Under the pieces are notes generated by a model that saw only the letters and a list, made by a program, of their open reading frames with translations, was not told the origin of the DNA and made no database searches. Source: a virus. From it: a DNA stretch of 64,000 nucleotides. The stretch covers positions 25,235 through 89,234 of IMG/VR virus record IMGVR_UViG_3300043548_000582; one strand, 5' to 3'. Below, piece after piece: positions 9,675-19,157 of this stretch. Positions within the stretch are counted from its first letter, which is position 1, and every line of letters starts with the position of its first letter. The translations under genes and the position numbers were made by a program.

Positions 9675-9989
9675 TTAAAAATTGAGTTTTTTGCAAGTAT
9701 TTTCAACACATTCAGATGTTGTCGATGTGTTTAATGGAATTATCGTGGTGGTTGTAGTTGTGGTAGTAGTTGCTGGGAGGGTTGTGTTTATAGTCGATGG
9801 ATCTGTTAATGAAGGAGACGGGGGGATTCTTACTTTCATTATCGGAGGTAGTGGAAACGGTGATTTTGTTGTATTTTCGACCGGAGGAGGGAATATATAC
9901 TTTATTTTAGGAGGACAGCACGGTATTTTTGGAGTTGCCGTTGTTGTCGAAGTAGTGGTCGGTTCTGGTGTTGTACCTGTCGTTTCCAT
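9675..9989 (-). CDS. mucin-like Thr/Pro-rich protein B
   Basis: Thr runs, PCCPP, C-terminal CVENTCKKLNF; paralogue of 9992..10465. Confidence 0.75.
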   Translation of the reverse strand: METTGTTPEPTTTSTTTATPKIPCCPPKIKYIFPPPVENTTKSPFPLPPIMKVRIPPSPSLTDPSTINTTLPATTTTTTTTTIIPLNTSTTSECVENTCKKLNF

Positions 9990-9991
9990 AA

Positions 9992-10465
9992 TTAATATCC
10001 TAATTTATTAACACATGGTTTGCAAATTATACTGACTGTTGTGGATGTTGATGTCGATGTTGTAGTTATCGGCTGTATCGTAGTTGGAGTGATAGTTGTA
10101 GTTGATATAATCGAAGATGGGTCCGTCAATGGATAGCTCGGAGGAACTTTGACGGTTATGGCTTCAGGAAGAGGCGTCGGGGTTTTCGTAGTTACTATTA
10201 CCGGTTCAGGAGGATGCTCTATAATCAACTCAGGGCAACTTAAACATGGGTAGCATGTCGTAGATCCCGGAATTGGGGGTGGTGTCGTGGCTGTAGTTCC
10301 AGTGGTAGTACTTGTTGTTGTACTTGTGAGTGGGGGGGTAGTTGTAGTGGTAGTAGTTGTAGTGGTAGTAGTTGTGGTACTACCTGAAGGTGGCGGGGTA
10401 GTTGTAGACGAACCCTCTGGTGGAGGTGTAGTTTCGTCTGGTGGAGGTGTAGTTTCGTCTGGCAT
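9992..10465 (-). CDS. mucin-like Thr/Pro-rich protein A
   Basis: PDETTPP x2, long poly-Thr run, CYPCLSCP, C-terminal CKPCVNKLGY; 2-nt gaps to both neighbours. Confidence 0.75.
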   Translation of the reverse strand: MPDETTPPPDETTPPPEGSSTTTPPPSGSTTTTTTTTTTTTTTPPLTSTTTSTTTGTTATTPPPIPGSTTCYPCLSCPELIIEHPPEPVIVTTKTPTPLPEAITVKVPPSYPLTDPSSIISTTTITPTTIQPITTTSTSTSTTVSIICKPCVNKLGY

Positions 10466-10467
10466 AC

Positions 10468-11232
10468 TTACATCCTGTTAAATTCGACTGTTTCTACAGT
10501 TGTTGCATTTTCGGTTCCTTGTGTGTGAAAATTTTTCAAAAACAAAACACTTGGAGCACTTAATGACGAGATAGGAGATGAATATGAAAAACCGGGTCTA
10601 AATATGTCAGCGGAATCAGGATTGAAATTTATATTAATCGAAGTTAATTCTATGAATTCAGTTGATCCGTCTGGTTTAAAATCTATAGTGATCTTATCAG
10701 TGTTTGTATATTTAAATCGCATGGTTTTGTACGACTTGCCACTTGATAATATCTTAAATTCTGGATTTATATTTGAAAGTTCATTATAGTATGTAACATT
10801 ATCATTAAAATCTCTTATAATTAAACTATTTCGTTTTATACTACCTAAACCAACACCGCTTCGAGTATTTGATGATAAAGCAAACAATCCAGTGGTGTCA
10901 AATGCTATACAAATCCCTAGAATTGAATCACTTTCCCCATTACCTTCGAGTATTATGCGTTCATAATTTTCAGTTAATATGTAATTTCCATCTTCATCTA
11001 GTAAAAAACCAGATAAGGGAACAGTTCCGCTATATCCCAAATAATGACCCGGAATTGAAGACAGAGATGGTTTTGTTGATGTTAAGAAAGTTGCAAATGC
11101 AGCTTCATTACCAGATATAGCATACTGAAAACTCCAAATTATGTCATAATTTGGGTTGTAGTTCTTTTTTTCATCTACAAATGCTATATATTTTGCATTT
11201 GCTGGTAATTTAACATCAGATGGAAAGCTCAT
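10468..11232 (-). CDS. putative L-type (ConA-like) lectin-fold virion protein
   Basis: beta-rich; GHYLGY, ICIAFDT (cf. legume lectin AVEFDT), PGFS. Confidence 0.5.
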   Translation of the reverse strand: MSFPSDVKLPANAKYIAFVDEKKNYNPNYDIIWSFQYAISGNEAAFATFLTSTKPSLSSIPGHYLGYSGTVPLSGFLLDEDGNYILTENYERIILEGNGESDSILGICIAFDTTGLFALSSNTRSGVGLGSIKRNSLIIRDFNDNVTYYNELSNINPEFKILSSGKSYKTMRFKYTNTDKITIDFKPDGSTEFIELTSININFNPDSADIFRPGFSYSSPISSLSAPSVLFLKNFHTQGTENATTVETVEFNRM

Positions 11233-11233
11233 A

Positions 11234-12778
11234 TTATAAAGTATAACCGATTAGTCGCACGCTACCATTCTCGTCAGAGTTTCCTATCGACACTCGAAGT
11301 GCAAAAGATGAAGAATTTCCGTTTGAACTCAGGGGAATCATGCATTGAGTGGTTGAAGTGGAACCTCCGTAAAATTTTGTGCTTGATTTATTTATCAAAT
11401 ATTCATTTACACCAACAACGTAGAGATTTGTTGGTGTATTTAAAAGTGATGTATTTAAAGCAGCACATATTATGCCTTGCTGACCATTATTCGTTAAATT
11501 CAACGTACTTTCCAGCAAGACCGTTTTCGCATTCGCTGGTAATGTTTGCGGCAATGCTAATATGGTAGGATAAACTGTAATAGTTGACGTTTCAGACATA
11601 TTACTAGTTACAGTTTTTACAGTGATTGGAGTTTTCAAGAATTTCACATATCCTGAAGAATTTACTATCTCTGTACCTGAAAGCGTGGTTACAACACCAG
11701 CTGATACAAATGGAACTGAGCTTACTCTTCCATAATCATCAACAATAAATGGAGTTTCCACAGTTGTTGATGGTATAATTGGCGGTAAACCAATTTGTAT
11801 ATTGCCACTCAACGTGCTGACAGGAGTTCCAGTTACAGTAACTCCATTCAATGTTCCAGATAGTGTATTTCTAACAGTGAGGGTCGATGTTACTAAATTA
11901 TCAGCGATAGCTTTGATAATGAAATTGGTCCCGACTGCACTCAAGGATACATTAGTTCCACTGTTCAAGCTAAACGTTGTCGAAGATGCTGGGTCTCCAG
12001 TTACCCCATACAATGTTTTATTTGTTAAATTAGGAACATTGAAGTTTCCACCAGAGCCTCCGTAAGTGGTGCCTATGGCGGCGGATAGATCTGGGTATAC
12101 TGATCCTGAAACACTCTGACCATTGCATAGAAGCCATCCATAAGGAACAGTTCCTCCAGAAACAAACGGTGTTATCATACCTACAGGTATTCTGGATGCA
12201 GAATTACTTACATAAAATGTATTAAGAGAAAGCGGAGTCGCCCAAGATAGATTTCCATAGATATCTGTTGATAAAAAGAAATCATTTTGTAATCCACCAG
12301 ATGGCCATTTATAATTGACAGATTCTATCGATAGTTTGGACGGCAATGATAGATATTCAGAGTTATATGGTGAAATTCTGTTTGTTGAGATCCCACCACC
12401 GCTCAAGTTTAAAGTATTCGTGGATGCGTCGATGTCAATACTGTTACCTGCTGTGTAAACAGATCCTACAACTCTCCAATTATTGATATCTGTATATAAA
12501 TTCCCATTGAATTTACATAAAGTTTTGTTCACAGTATTGAATACCAAGTCTCCTACCTGTGCATATGAGAAAGTAATGGGATTACCTTCGCCCAAATATT
12601 TATTACCAGCGACTAGACCACCGAGAGTTGAGCCATCTCCGATAAACAATCTATCAATGTCGGTTGCATATCCAAGTTCACCGCTATCTAGAAGTATAAG
12701 TTTTCTGTCTGAATCCTGTCCTTGACGAACGATGAGTTTCAGAAGAGTATTTTGGAGGATTTCAATTGAATTTGACAT
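11234..12778 (-). CDS. tail fibre with Mtd-N-like head and tail-collar domain
   Basis: VRQG..R...L.SGELGYATD..RLFIGDG; collar IPVGMI..GWLLCNGQ..YPDL..IGTTYG..FNVPNL. Confidence 0.85.
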   Translation of the reverse strand: MSNSIEILQNTLLKLIVRQGQDSDRKLILLDSGELGYATDIDRLFIGDGSTLGGLVAGNKYLGEGNPITFSYAQVGDLVFNTVNKTLCKFNGNLYTDINNWRVVGSVYTAGNSIDIDASTNTLNLSGGGISTNRISPYNSEYLSLPSKLSIESVNYKWPSGGLQNDFFLSTDIYGNLSWATPLSLNTFYVSNSASRIPVGMITPFVSGGTVPYGWLLCNGQSVSGSVYPDLSAAIGTTYGGSGGNFNVPNLTNKTLYGVTGDPASSTTFSLNSGTNVSLSAVGTNFIIKAIADNLVTSTLTVRNTLSGTLNGVTVTGTPVSTLSGNIQIGLPPIIPSTTVETPFIVDDYGRVSSVPFVSAGVVTTLSGTEIVNSSGYVKFLKTPITVKTVTSNMSETSTITVYPTILALPQTLPANAKTVLLESTLNLTNNGQQGIICAALNTSLLNTPTNLYVVGVNEYLINKSSTKFYGGSTSTTQCMIPLSSNGNSSSFALRVSIGNSDENGSVRLIGYTL

Positions 12779-12789
12779 ATTTTATATAT

Positions 12790-13872
12790 TTAAAACTTGA
12801 ATACTGGTATCGCATATGAACCAGTCCCATATGAGGTTTCTATAACTATAAATCCAGCGGATGATAATAAGATATTATTACTAGTCAACCCGTTTGATGA
12901 GATTGCACTTATAAGGGTTTGATTTGTGTATGTTGTCTGTAAAGGATTCCCGTTGAATACAGATAACATGGAAGTGTTTGTCTCATTTCCAGTAAACGAT
13001 TGTGTTATAGTCGAAGACAGTGATGTAATTTGACCCTTTGAATTGTATGTGAAGTTGGAAAAACTAGCATTTCCTCCACTACCCAATATGTCTTTCAATG
13101 AAATTACATTGGAGTTATTTTGAATAGTTGCGCCATCAACACTTGCGATGATGGAGACTAACTTCCCAGCACTTAAACTTAATCCATTTCCAATAGCGTC
13201 AGGGCCGATGGAACTCAAACCAACAGAACCCAAAGGCACGCTCGTCAAGGACAGAACACCACTATTGAACGAGAAACCAGATCCCACATTTAATCTTATG
13301 GTATTGCCGCTTCCACCTGTCAATCCGTCGCCAAATGAGCTTGATGCTATGTGGTTTTGATTGATTTGAAGGACGGATAATTGATTTGTTGTGGAAATCG
13401 TGAGGGTAACTCTATCTACATTGGCAGATAATCCATTGGAAGCGGTTGCAACCAACCCACCTTGGTTATAGGCAGCGCTTTGATCAAAATTAGCGCCACT
13501 TATCGCGTTATTTTTGATGCTTAATTGTCTCGATGTGTTATAGTATAGACTTGTGTTATCAGGATTGGTTCCAATAAATACCCAAGAAGACAATTGACTA
13601 TAATCCGATCCAGATAATTGATACAAGAACCCGTTTTCATTTACAATATCCCCTCGAACTGCATTTTGGAGAGTGTTTCTTGTATTTGAAACAGTCAAAG
13701 GATCGTGATTTAAGTTGCCAGCAACCACACCTCCAGATAGAATACCATTCCCTATGAATAAACGTTTAGTATCAACTGTAAATCCAAGCTCTCCTTGCTC
13801 AAGTATGATTCTCTGACGTTGTGAATCCGTTCCTCTTCTTACTTTAAGTTTGATTATTGAAATATCTGCCAT
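12790..13872 (-). CDS. tail fibre-like protein with Mtd-N-like N-terminus
   Basis: KVRRGTD.QR..L.QGELGFTVDTKRLFIGNG; Gly/Ser-rich repeats. Confidence 0.8.
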   Translation of the reverse strand: MADISIIKLKVRRGTDSQRQRIILEQGELGFTVDTKRLFIGNGILSGGVVAGNLNHDPLTVSNTRNTLQNAVRGDIVNENGFLYQLSGSDYSQLSSWVFIGTNPDNTSLYYNTSRQLSIKNNAISGANFDQSAAYNQGGLVATASNGLSANVDRVTLTISTTNQLSVLQINQNHIASSSFGDGLTGGSGNTIRLNVGSGFSFNSGVLSLTSVPLGSVGLSSIGPDAIGNGLSLSAGKLVSIIASVDGATIQNNSNVISLKDILGSGGNASFSNFTYNSKGQITSLSSTITQSFTGNETNTSMLSVFNGNPLQTTYTNQTLISAISSNGLTSNNILLSSAGFIVIETSYGTGSYAIPVFKF

Positions 13873-13874
13873 AA

Positions 13875-14558
13875 TTATGAAATTCTATTCCAAACATACA
13901 CACCGTATGATGGATTTGTTAGTGTTATAGGGGTTATTTGTGAAGCTCCAACCACTCCAGAAGTTCTTCCAACAGAAGGTACCACTGCGTTTCCCTCTAA
14001 TCTATAAGAAACTGGGTTGGTTTGTAACCTTCCACCTCTCGCTAAGTAATTTGTAGAAATCAAAGAATCTTTATCTGCGGAAAAGTCTTCAATTTCGTTT
14101 GCTATGAAGTGAAAGTGATCCGGTATATTAGAAGAAGATAATGTTTGTTGATAAAAACCCCCAGTATTAGCACCTACGGTCACAGTTTTGGAAACACCCC
14201 CAGCATCAGTTCCGGTGCCGACTCCTGTTATCACCATTCCCTGTGATACTTGAACCCACGACGTTCCTATAAAGCGGGTAGCGGGGTTTGTGGAATCCAA
14301 TGTTAATAAGCACGACCCTACTGGATAAATGTAATCAATTAATTTGATTAGATTTGGCTGAGATGGGAAAATTATGTTTCCTGCGCTCAAGGAACCCGTT
14401 ACGACAGCCCCATTGTTCTCCATACCCAGAGAAAGAGATGATTTGTTGCCTAAACCGTCATAAACATCGGTTATATTTGCAGATGAAAGCGATTCTGCTT
14501 CCACATGCAACAAAGATCCGTATAAATCAGATATGAACTGATCGGTGAGTGATTTCAT
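13875..14558 (-). CDS. baseplate protein with gp10 C-terminal-like domain
   Basis: IYPVGS...NPATRF.GT.W..VSQG...GVG, PSYGVYVWNR. Confidence 0.75.
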   Translation of the reverse strand: MKSLTDQFISDLYGSLLHVEAESLSSANITDVYDGLGNKSSLSLGMENNGAVVTGSLSAGNIIFPSQPNLIKLIDYIYPVGSCLLTLDSTNPATRFIGTSWVQVSQGMVITGVGTGTDAGGVSKTVTVGANTGGFYQQTLSSSNIPDHFHFIANEIEDFSADKDSLISTNYLARGGRLQTNPVSYRLEGNAVVPSVGRTSGVVGASQITPITLTNPSYGVYVWNRIS

Positions 14559-14587
14559 TAGTTATATTTATGCTTAAAAATTGCTTT

Positions 14588-16297
14588 TCAAGATAAATCC
14601 ACTAGTTTCTTTTGCAGATCATTTATCAATGTGAATATTCGCTGCAAAGATACAACATTTACATTCTCGTTACCGTTTAATATCAAGTTAGTCAACTCAT
14701 AAGTTAATTCAGGCGTTGGAATTACAGATAATGTTGGATTTGCCAAATCTCCAGTGCTTGATTTCACCTTTTCAACGATGGTTGCGATGTTGATGGTATC
14801 AATTAGGAGATTTGTGATGATTGAATTGAAAGAAATACCAACGCTGCTCGTATTACATTTTATCCCCGTGAATGCTTTTGATACATTTAATGGCACATAG
14901 GTTTCATACAACGAAGATCTGGTTTTAGATATGTATATACGCCCGATGTTATGCATTATGTAATACAGATATCCATTTTTTTGGATTGTATTGTACGTCA
15001 AGTTGTTGTAACTGTTTGACAACATCTTGTTTGAATTGAACTTTATTTGGATATCGTTTATGTTTTCTTCGGTTTTGTTTATGATATAATCATTTAAATA
15101 GAAGAAATTTGAAGATCTAGCTTTAGCCAATCTGTTATTTATGTTTAAAAGCGGGCGAATTTCGGTTTCCGCTCTAGGTTGATCCGATTGTTCTATCTGG
15201 GTGATGGTCTTTTTCAGATAAAAGAAGTCAGAGTCCTCTGTTGAAAACTCAATTCCTGTAGCTTCGTCGGCATATAACAATTCTTCACGACGAAATGTGT
15301 TTGTGTAATCATCGCTATCGAAAAATATGAAATAATAGAGTCCATTCTTCTGACCGACTGCTATTACATTGTCGTCTTCTTTTCTTATGTCAATTGCTAT
15401 GAGATTATCTAGATCCAAATCACTCAATGATAGTTGTAATAGGATTTCATTTGAATATTTGTTTTTCAAATACAGAACATTCCCACTGTATTCTGTTCGC
15501 TTGTTGAATCCTATCGTATATAATCCTATATTTTCAGAGTTGGCCGAAATTGAAATGCTATCTTTTAAAAATAGATTGCTACAATCTTCGTATTTTGATA
15601 AATTATATATTAAAAGTTCAGAATTTGTATAAAAATACAATTCATCAGAATCATAATCCTGTTCAATTTTTAAATTTACTGAGTTTTCAGCCTGACTGAC
15701 TATTGTTAATTTCTTAGATGGATCGTTGAAAGTCCCGCTTAGAGCGTATGTGATATTATCAGACACACAATAGTATATGAAATTGTCATTGGCGTCTATT
15801 ATGAAAGAACCAGACTCCACTCTATCCAAGAATGCCCATTCTTTAGAATAACTAAATGGATCGCTGTGTGTATACACGTTTTTCCCATACATTTCATCAT
15901 CCGGTGTTCTAGAATCAGCCTCTGTTGAAGTTAATGTATAAAAGTAGGTGTTTTTGTAGTCGTAAGGAACATTGTTTGGATTTATGAAAATTGAATTTTT
16001 ATAAATTTTCAAATTATTCTCATCAATGCGTCCGAATAACTCATTCAAGGTGTTGTCGTTTAGTATATCCAACGCATTTGGAACTGCTAAATCGATAGTT
16101 GGTGTGATTCCATCGAAAACAGCATAATTTAAATACAAATCACTTAAAAAGTTTGATTTTGGAGTCAATTCTCTGGATTCATAGCTTGGTTTTTTACCAG
16201 AATATGCAACGCCGCTCAACACATGGAAATAGCCACTGTAAGGAGCTGAATCCAGTGTGAATGCATTGCCATCATCATATTTGAAATAAGAAATCAT
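14588..16297 (-). CDS. putative baseplate/virion structural protein
   Basis: 569 aa, beta-rich, within baseplate operon. Confidence 0.6.
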   Translation of the reverse strand: MISYFKYDDGNAFTLDSAPYSGYFHVLSGVAYSGKKPSYESRELTPKSNFLSDLYLNYAVFDGITPTIDLAVPNALDILNDNTLNELFGRIDENNLKIYKNSIFINPNNVPYDYKNTYFYTLTSTEADSRTPDDEMYGKNVYTHSDPFSYSKEWAFLDRVESGSFIIDANDNFIYYCVSDNITYALSGTFNDPSKKLTIVSQAENSVNLKIEQDYDSDELYFYTNSELLIYNLSKYEDCSNLFLKDSISISANSENIGLYTIGFNKRTEYSGNVLYLKNKYSNEILLQLSLSDLDLDNLIAIDIRKEDDNVIAVGQKNGLYYFIFFDSDDYTNTFRREELLYADEATGIEFSTEDSDFFYLKKTITQIEQSDQPRAETEIRPLLNINNRLAKARSSNFFYLNDYIINKTEENINDIQIKFNSNKMLSNSYNNLTYNTIQKNGYLYYIMHNIGRIYISKTRSSLYETYVPLNVSKAFTGIKCNTSSVGISFNSIITNLLIDTINIATIVEKVKSSTGDLANPTLSVIPTPELTYELTNLILNGNENVNVVSLQRIFTLINDLQKKLVDLS

Positions 16298-18507
16298 ATG
16301 TAATTTGTGAATTTTATGTTATTTATAATTGAAGTTGCTGGAATGTTTTGTTGGATCTTGTCCAACATGACGTTTTTCAGATATTCCAGAGTATCAGAGT
16401 TACTGATTCCTAAATTATCAATCGATACATTGATATAATTACTCTTATTTGAATTCCCATTGCAAATTGTCTGGATATGTTTGATATCATCGAGAGAATT
16501 TCTCATTCCACATGGTAGAGTGATAACAATATCATCAACCGCTTGCCTGTTTTGTATAAATGGAATTATAAATGCTAAATTCTCATCAATTTTTTGATCT
16601 GCTATTATTATATCGGTTGTTATACCATTCGGCTCTAAAAGATCTTGATCGTTGTAATAAAATTTACCATATATGATCGATTTGTTGGAAAATTGAGCGA
16701 TTTCAGTTGATATATCCAACACTTTGGCGTTATTTAAAAAGAAGAATCCTTTTCCAGTCAGGGCATCATAACTGAAACAAACGAAATTATCTTTGTACTT
16801 CTTATAAAGTGTCGTTGCGTCGAATATCAAGGTTTGATTATTTGAATTATTGAATAATTTCAATTCAAATGTTATATCATCCGCTGTTTTTGTAATTTTT
16901 ACCCCAGCATCTATATTATTTCGAAGACTTTGGATAGTCCACTCTGGATCAGATCCATTAAAGTAAAACGATAGCGTTATCTTGCCAGCATCATTGATCA
17001 AATTTTGATAATTTAATGGGATTTGATTTGCTCCACCACAATCGACAGTGTTTGTTGCTGTAATAATATCGAATAATTCATTGTTATTGAATCTGTGGTA
17101 TTCGTATTTTCTATTAGGTTGAAAGCTCAGATCACTACGCTTGTCAAAAATCACATATTTCGAAACATTTGAACTCAATGTTGCGTTTGTTGTGATTAAA
17201 TTTTCAATTGCCTGATCATATGTGATATCAAACACGCCTTTTTCAGACAATGCATTCTTCTTGGATATCAAATCCGGGTAGAAGTATCGATCAACCCATG
17301 TTTTAGTTTCACCTACACCTGATAACCATGTGCATAGATAAACCTTTCCATCTTCTGAATAGTTGTTTGTGTCTATTTGATAGATTTTATCAGCATATTG
17401 TGGAGTGTCGTATCCATATGATCCACAATCCACGAATCTGGTGTCATTTATATTCAGATTGCTGAATGGATACATACTTGAAGGAGCCTGAAATTCAGTG
17501 ATACCTCGTCTTATTAAATAAGGTTTGTTGTAAAATACGTAATTTAAAGAAAGTTCAGATGAATTTTCAGAATCAATTGTGTTTGTTATATTTGTATAAT
17601 TTCTGAAATCATCAACCGCTATGTCATATCCAGATGATAGAAGATTCTGACCGTTTGTGAATACATCACTTACAGTTAGTTGATTTTTTAAAACGATAAT
17701 GTCTTTATATTCAGATGAGTATGGAGAATGAATTAAAAAGTTGTTGCTTAAATCAAACTCACTTTTAGAAGAATCGATTATATTCGAAGCATTCTGATAT
17801 GTCACGAATGATGTGTTTGGAGATACTTCAAGTTTATATTCTTTAGGTCTAGCGACTTTGAAATTGCTTGTTAGGATTGTATTTTTGTTTTCATCATTCA
17901 ATTCAATCAATACAAGCCCATCGCCTTCTTTCTTTACCAGTTTATTACTGGAAAGAGCCTTTATAAGAAATAGTTCTTTCTTGTCGTTGTATATGTATTT
18001 GAAAAATTGAGGATTTTGCTCATCCTCTTCATCGGGAAGTAGAACATCCCATTTAAATAACAGATCGCCACTATCTTCACTTAGTAGATAAGTTTTTCCA
18101 GATTCTATAAATGATATTGTGCATAAATTATTTTGATAAAAGTCCAAATCAAAATATGTTCGTTCGCTTAATTCATCATCGAATGTTATGGAATAAGTAT
18201 TTGCATTTGCAATCGGTGTTGATCTTGACAAATAAACAGATCCAGATTGCAAATAAGTCAGAAGTTTTTCTGATTTTAAAGTATTTGTGTTGAATTTTAA
18301 AAAAGTATCTGCTCTTGTATTATTCGTCAGATAAAAGTTTGAATATTCTTTGGTTTTGAAATCATTAAAACCGGAAAGCGCCAAAGGGAAATTGAAAGAA
18401 AATCCGTTTTGATATGTTCGTCTTACTTGTTTATAAGAAGTATTATCCATCGTTGACTTCCATGATTTAGAAGTCAACGATGATAGAGATTTTATGATCG
18501 TTTCCAT
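16294..18507 (-). CDS. putative baseplate protein, possible C-terminal LamG/ConA-like domain
   Basis: 737 aa; ITLSFYF..FVCFSYD..G...FFLNN pattern; TAAATA at 18513-18518. Confidence 0.6.
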   Translation of the reverse strand: METIIKSLSSLTSKSWKSTMDNTSYKQVRRTYQNGFSFNFPLALSGFNDFKTKEYSNFYLTNNTRADTFLKFNTNTLKSEKLLTYLQSGSVYLSRSTPIANANTYSITFDDELSERTYFDLDFYQNNLCTISFIESGKTYLLSEDSGDLLFKWDVLLPDEEDEQNPQFFKYIYNDKKELFLIKALSSNKLVKKEGDGLVLIELNDENKNTILTSNFKVARPKEYKLEVSPNTSFVTYQNASNIIDSSKSEFDLSNNFLIHSPYSSEYKDIIVLKNQLTVSDVFTNGQNLLSSGYDIAVDDFRNYTNITNTIDSENSSELSLNYVFYNKPYLIRRGITEFQAPSSMYPFSNLNINDTRFVDCGSYGYDTPQYADKIYQIDTNNYSEDGKVYLCTWLSGVGETKTWVDRYFYPDLISKKNALSEKGVFDITYDQAIENLITTNATLSSNVSKYVIFDKRSDLSFQPNRKYEYHRFNNNELFDIITATNTVDCGGANQIPLNYQNLINDAGKITLSFYFNGSDPEWTIQSLRNNIDAGVKITKTADDITFELKLFNNSNNQTLIFDATTLYKKYKDNFVCFSYDALTGKGFFFLNNAKVLDISTEIAQFSNKSIIYGKFYYNDQDLLEPNGITTDIIIADQKIDENLAFIIPFIQNRQAVDDIVITLPCGMRNSLDDIKHIQTICNGNSNKSNYINVSIDNLGISNSDTLEYLKNVMLDKIQQNIPATSIINNIKFTNYI

Positions 18508-18515
18508 TTAAATAT

Positions 18516-19157
18516 TTAAGGCGGTAGCGTAGTTGTTGTCGTAACCGGACCCGGTGTGGTTGTTGATGTTGGACCCGGTGTGGTTGTTGGGGACGGTGTG
18601 GTTGTGGATGCTGGTATCGGGGGTGTTGGTGGTGGGGTTGTCGTATTTAAGCTTTCAGCTTCTACTAAGAACCCTCCTTTATCCACAGAAAATATAAACT
18701 GTTTGTTGTTATCAGATACTTGCATAATATTTGCATATATATGCTTCATATCCCCGATACTTTCAAAATAATCGGATGTTATTATTTTGAAAGGTTGCAC
18801 TATTGAACATTTGTCACCATTTATATATTCTATATTGACTTCGGCAGATAATAATTTATATCTGGATGTTTCTGATGGATAATAGAGGTGGGATACTTCA
18901 TTTGAAAGTATTGAACTTATTTTATTATAAAGTATTTCTGGAATTATACTGTCAACTCTGTAGTCTTTACTGAATGAATTTTCAAAAATAGCAGACTCTC
19001 CATCACCCCAATTGATTCTTAGATACATGGGAATTTCAGACTCTGATATCCCACTCAATACAAAGGTCACAGAAGTCAAATCATACAGTTTGACTTCTGG
19101 TAATGTTGAAGATAGTGCGGTTGCTGAACTAGCAAATCCAATTGTGTAAGTATTCAT
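18516..19157 (-). CDS. PKD-like virion protein with mucin-like C-terminal tail
   Basis: INWGDG, SHLY; tail TTTPPPTPP..TTTPGPTSTTTPGPVTTTTTLPP. Confidence 0.7.
   Translation of the reverse strand: MNTYTIGFASSATALSSTLPEVKLYDLTSVTFVLSGISESEIPMYLRINWGDGESAIFENSFSKDYRVDSIIPEILYNKISSILSNEVSHLYYPSETSRYKLLSAEVNIEYINGDKCSIVQPFKIITSDYFESIGDMKHIYANIMQVSDNNKQFIFSVDKGGFLVEAESLNTTTPPPTPPIPASTTTPSPTTTPGPTSTTTPGPVTTTTTLPP

Noticed and set aside
9682-10481. Val-rich plus-strand ORFs resembling membrane proteins
   Set aside because: Reverse complement of the poly-Thr codons; the minus-strand ORFs fit the operon with 2-nt gaps and share a conserved core.
11234-13872. Mtd-like N-termini as evidence of tropism switching
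   Set aside because: This N-terminal domain is a common fibre module; no reverse transcriptase or TR/VR pair was seen.
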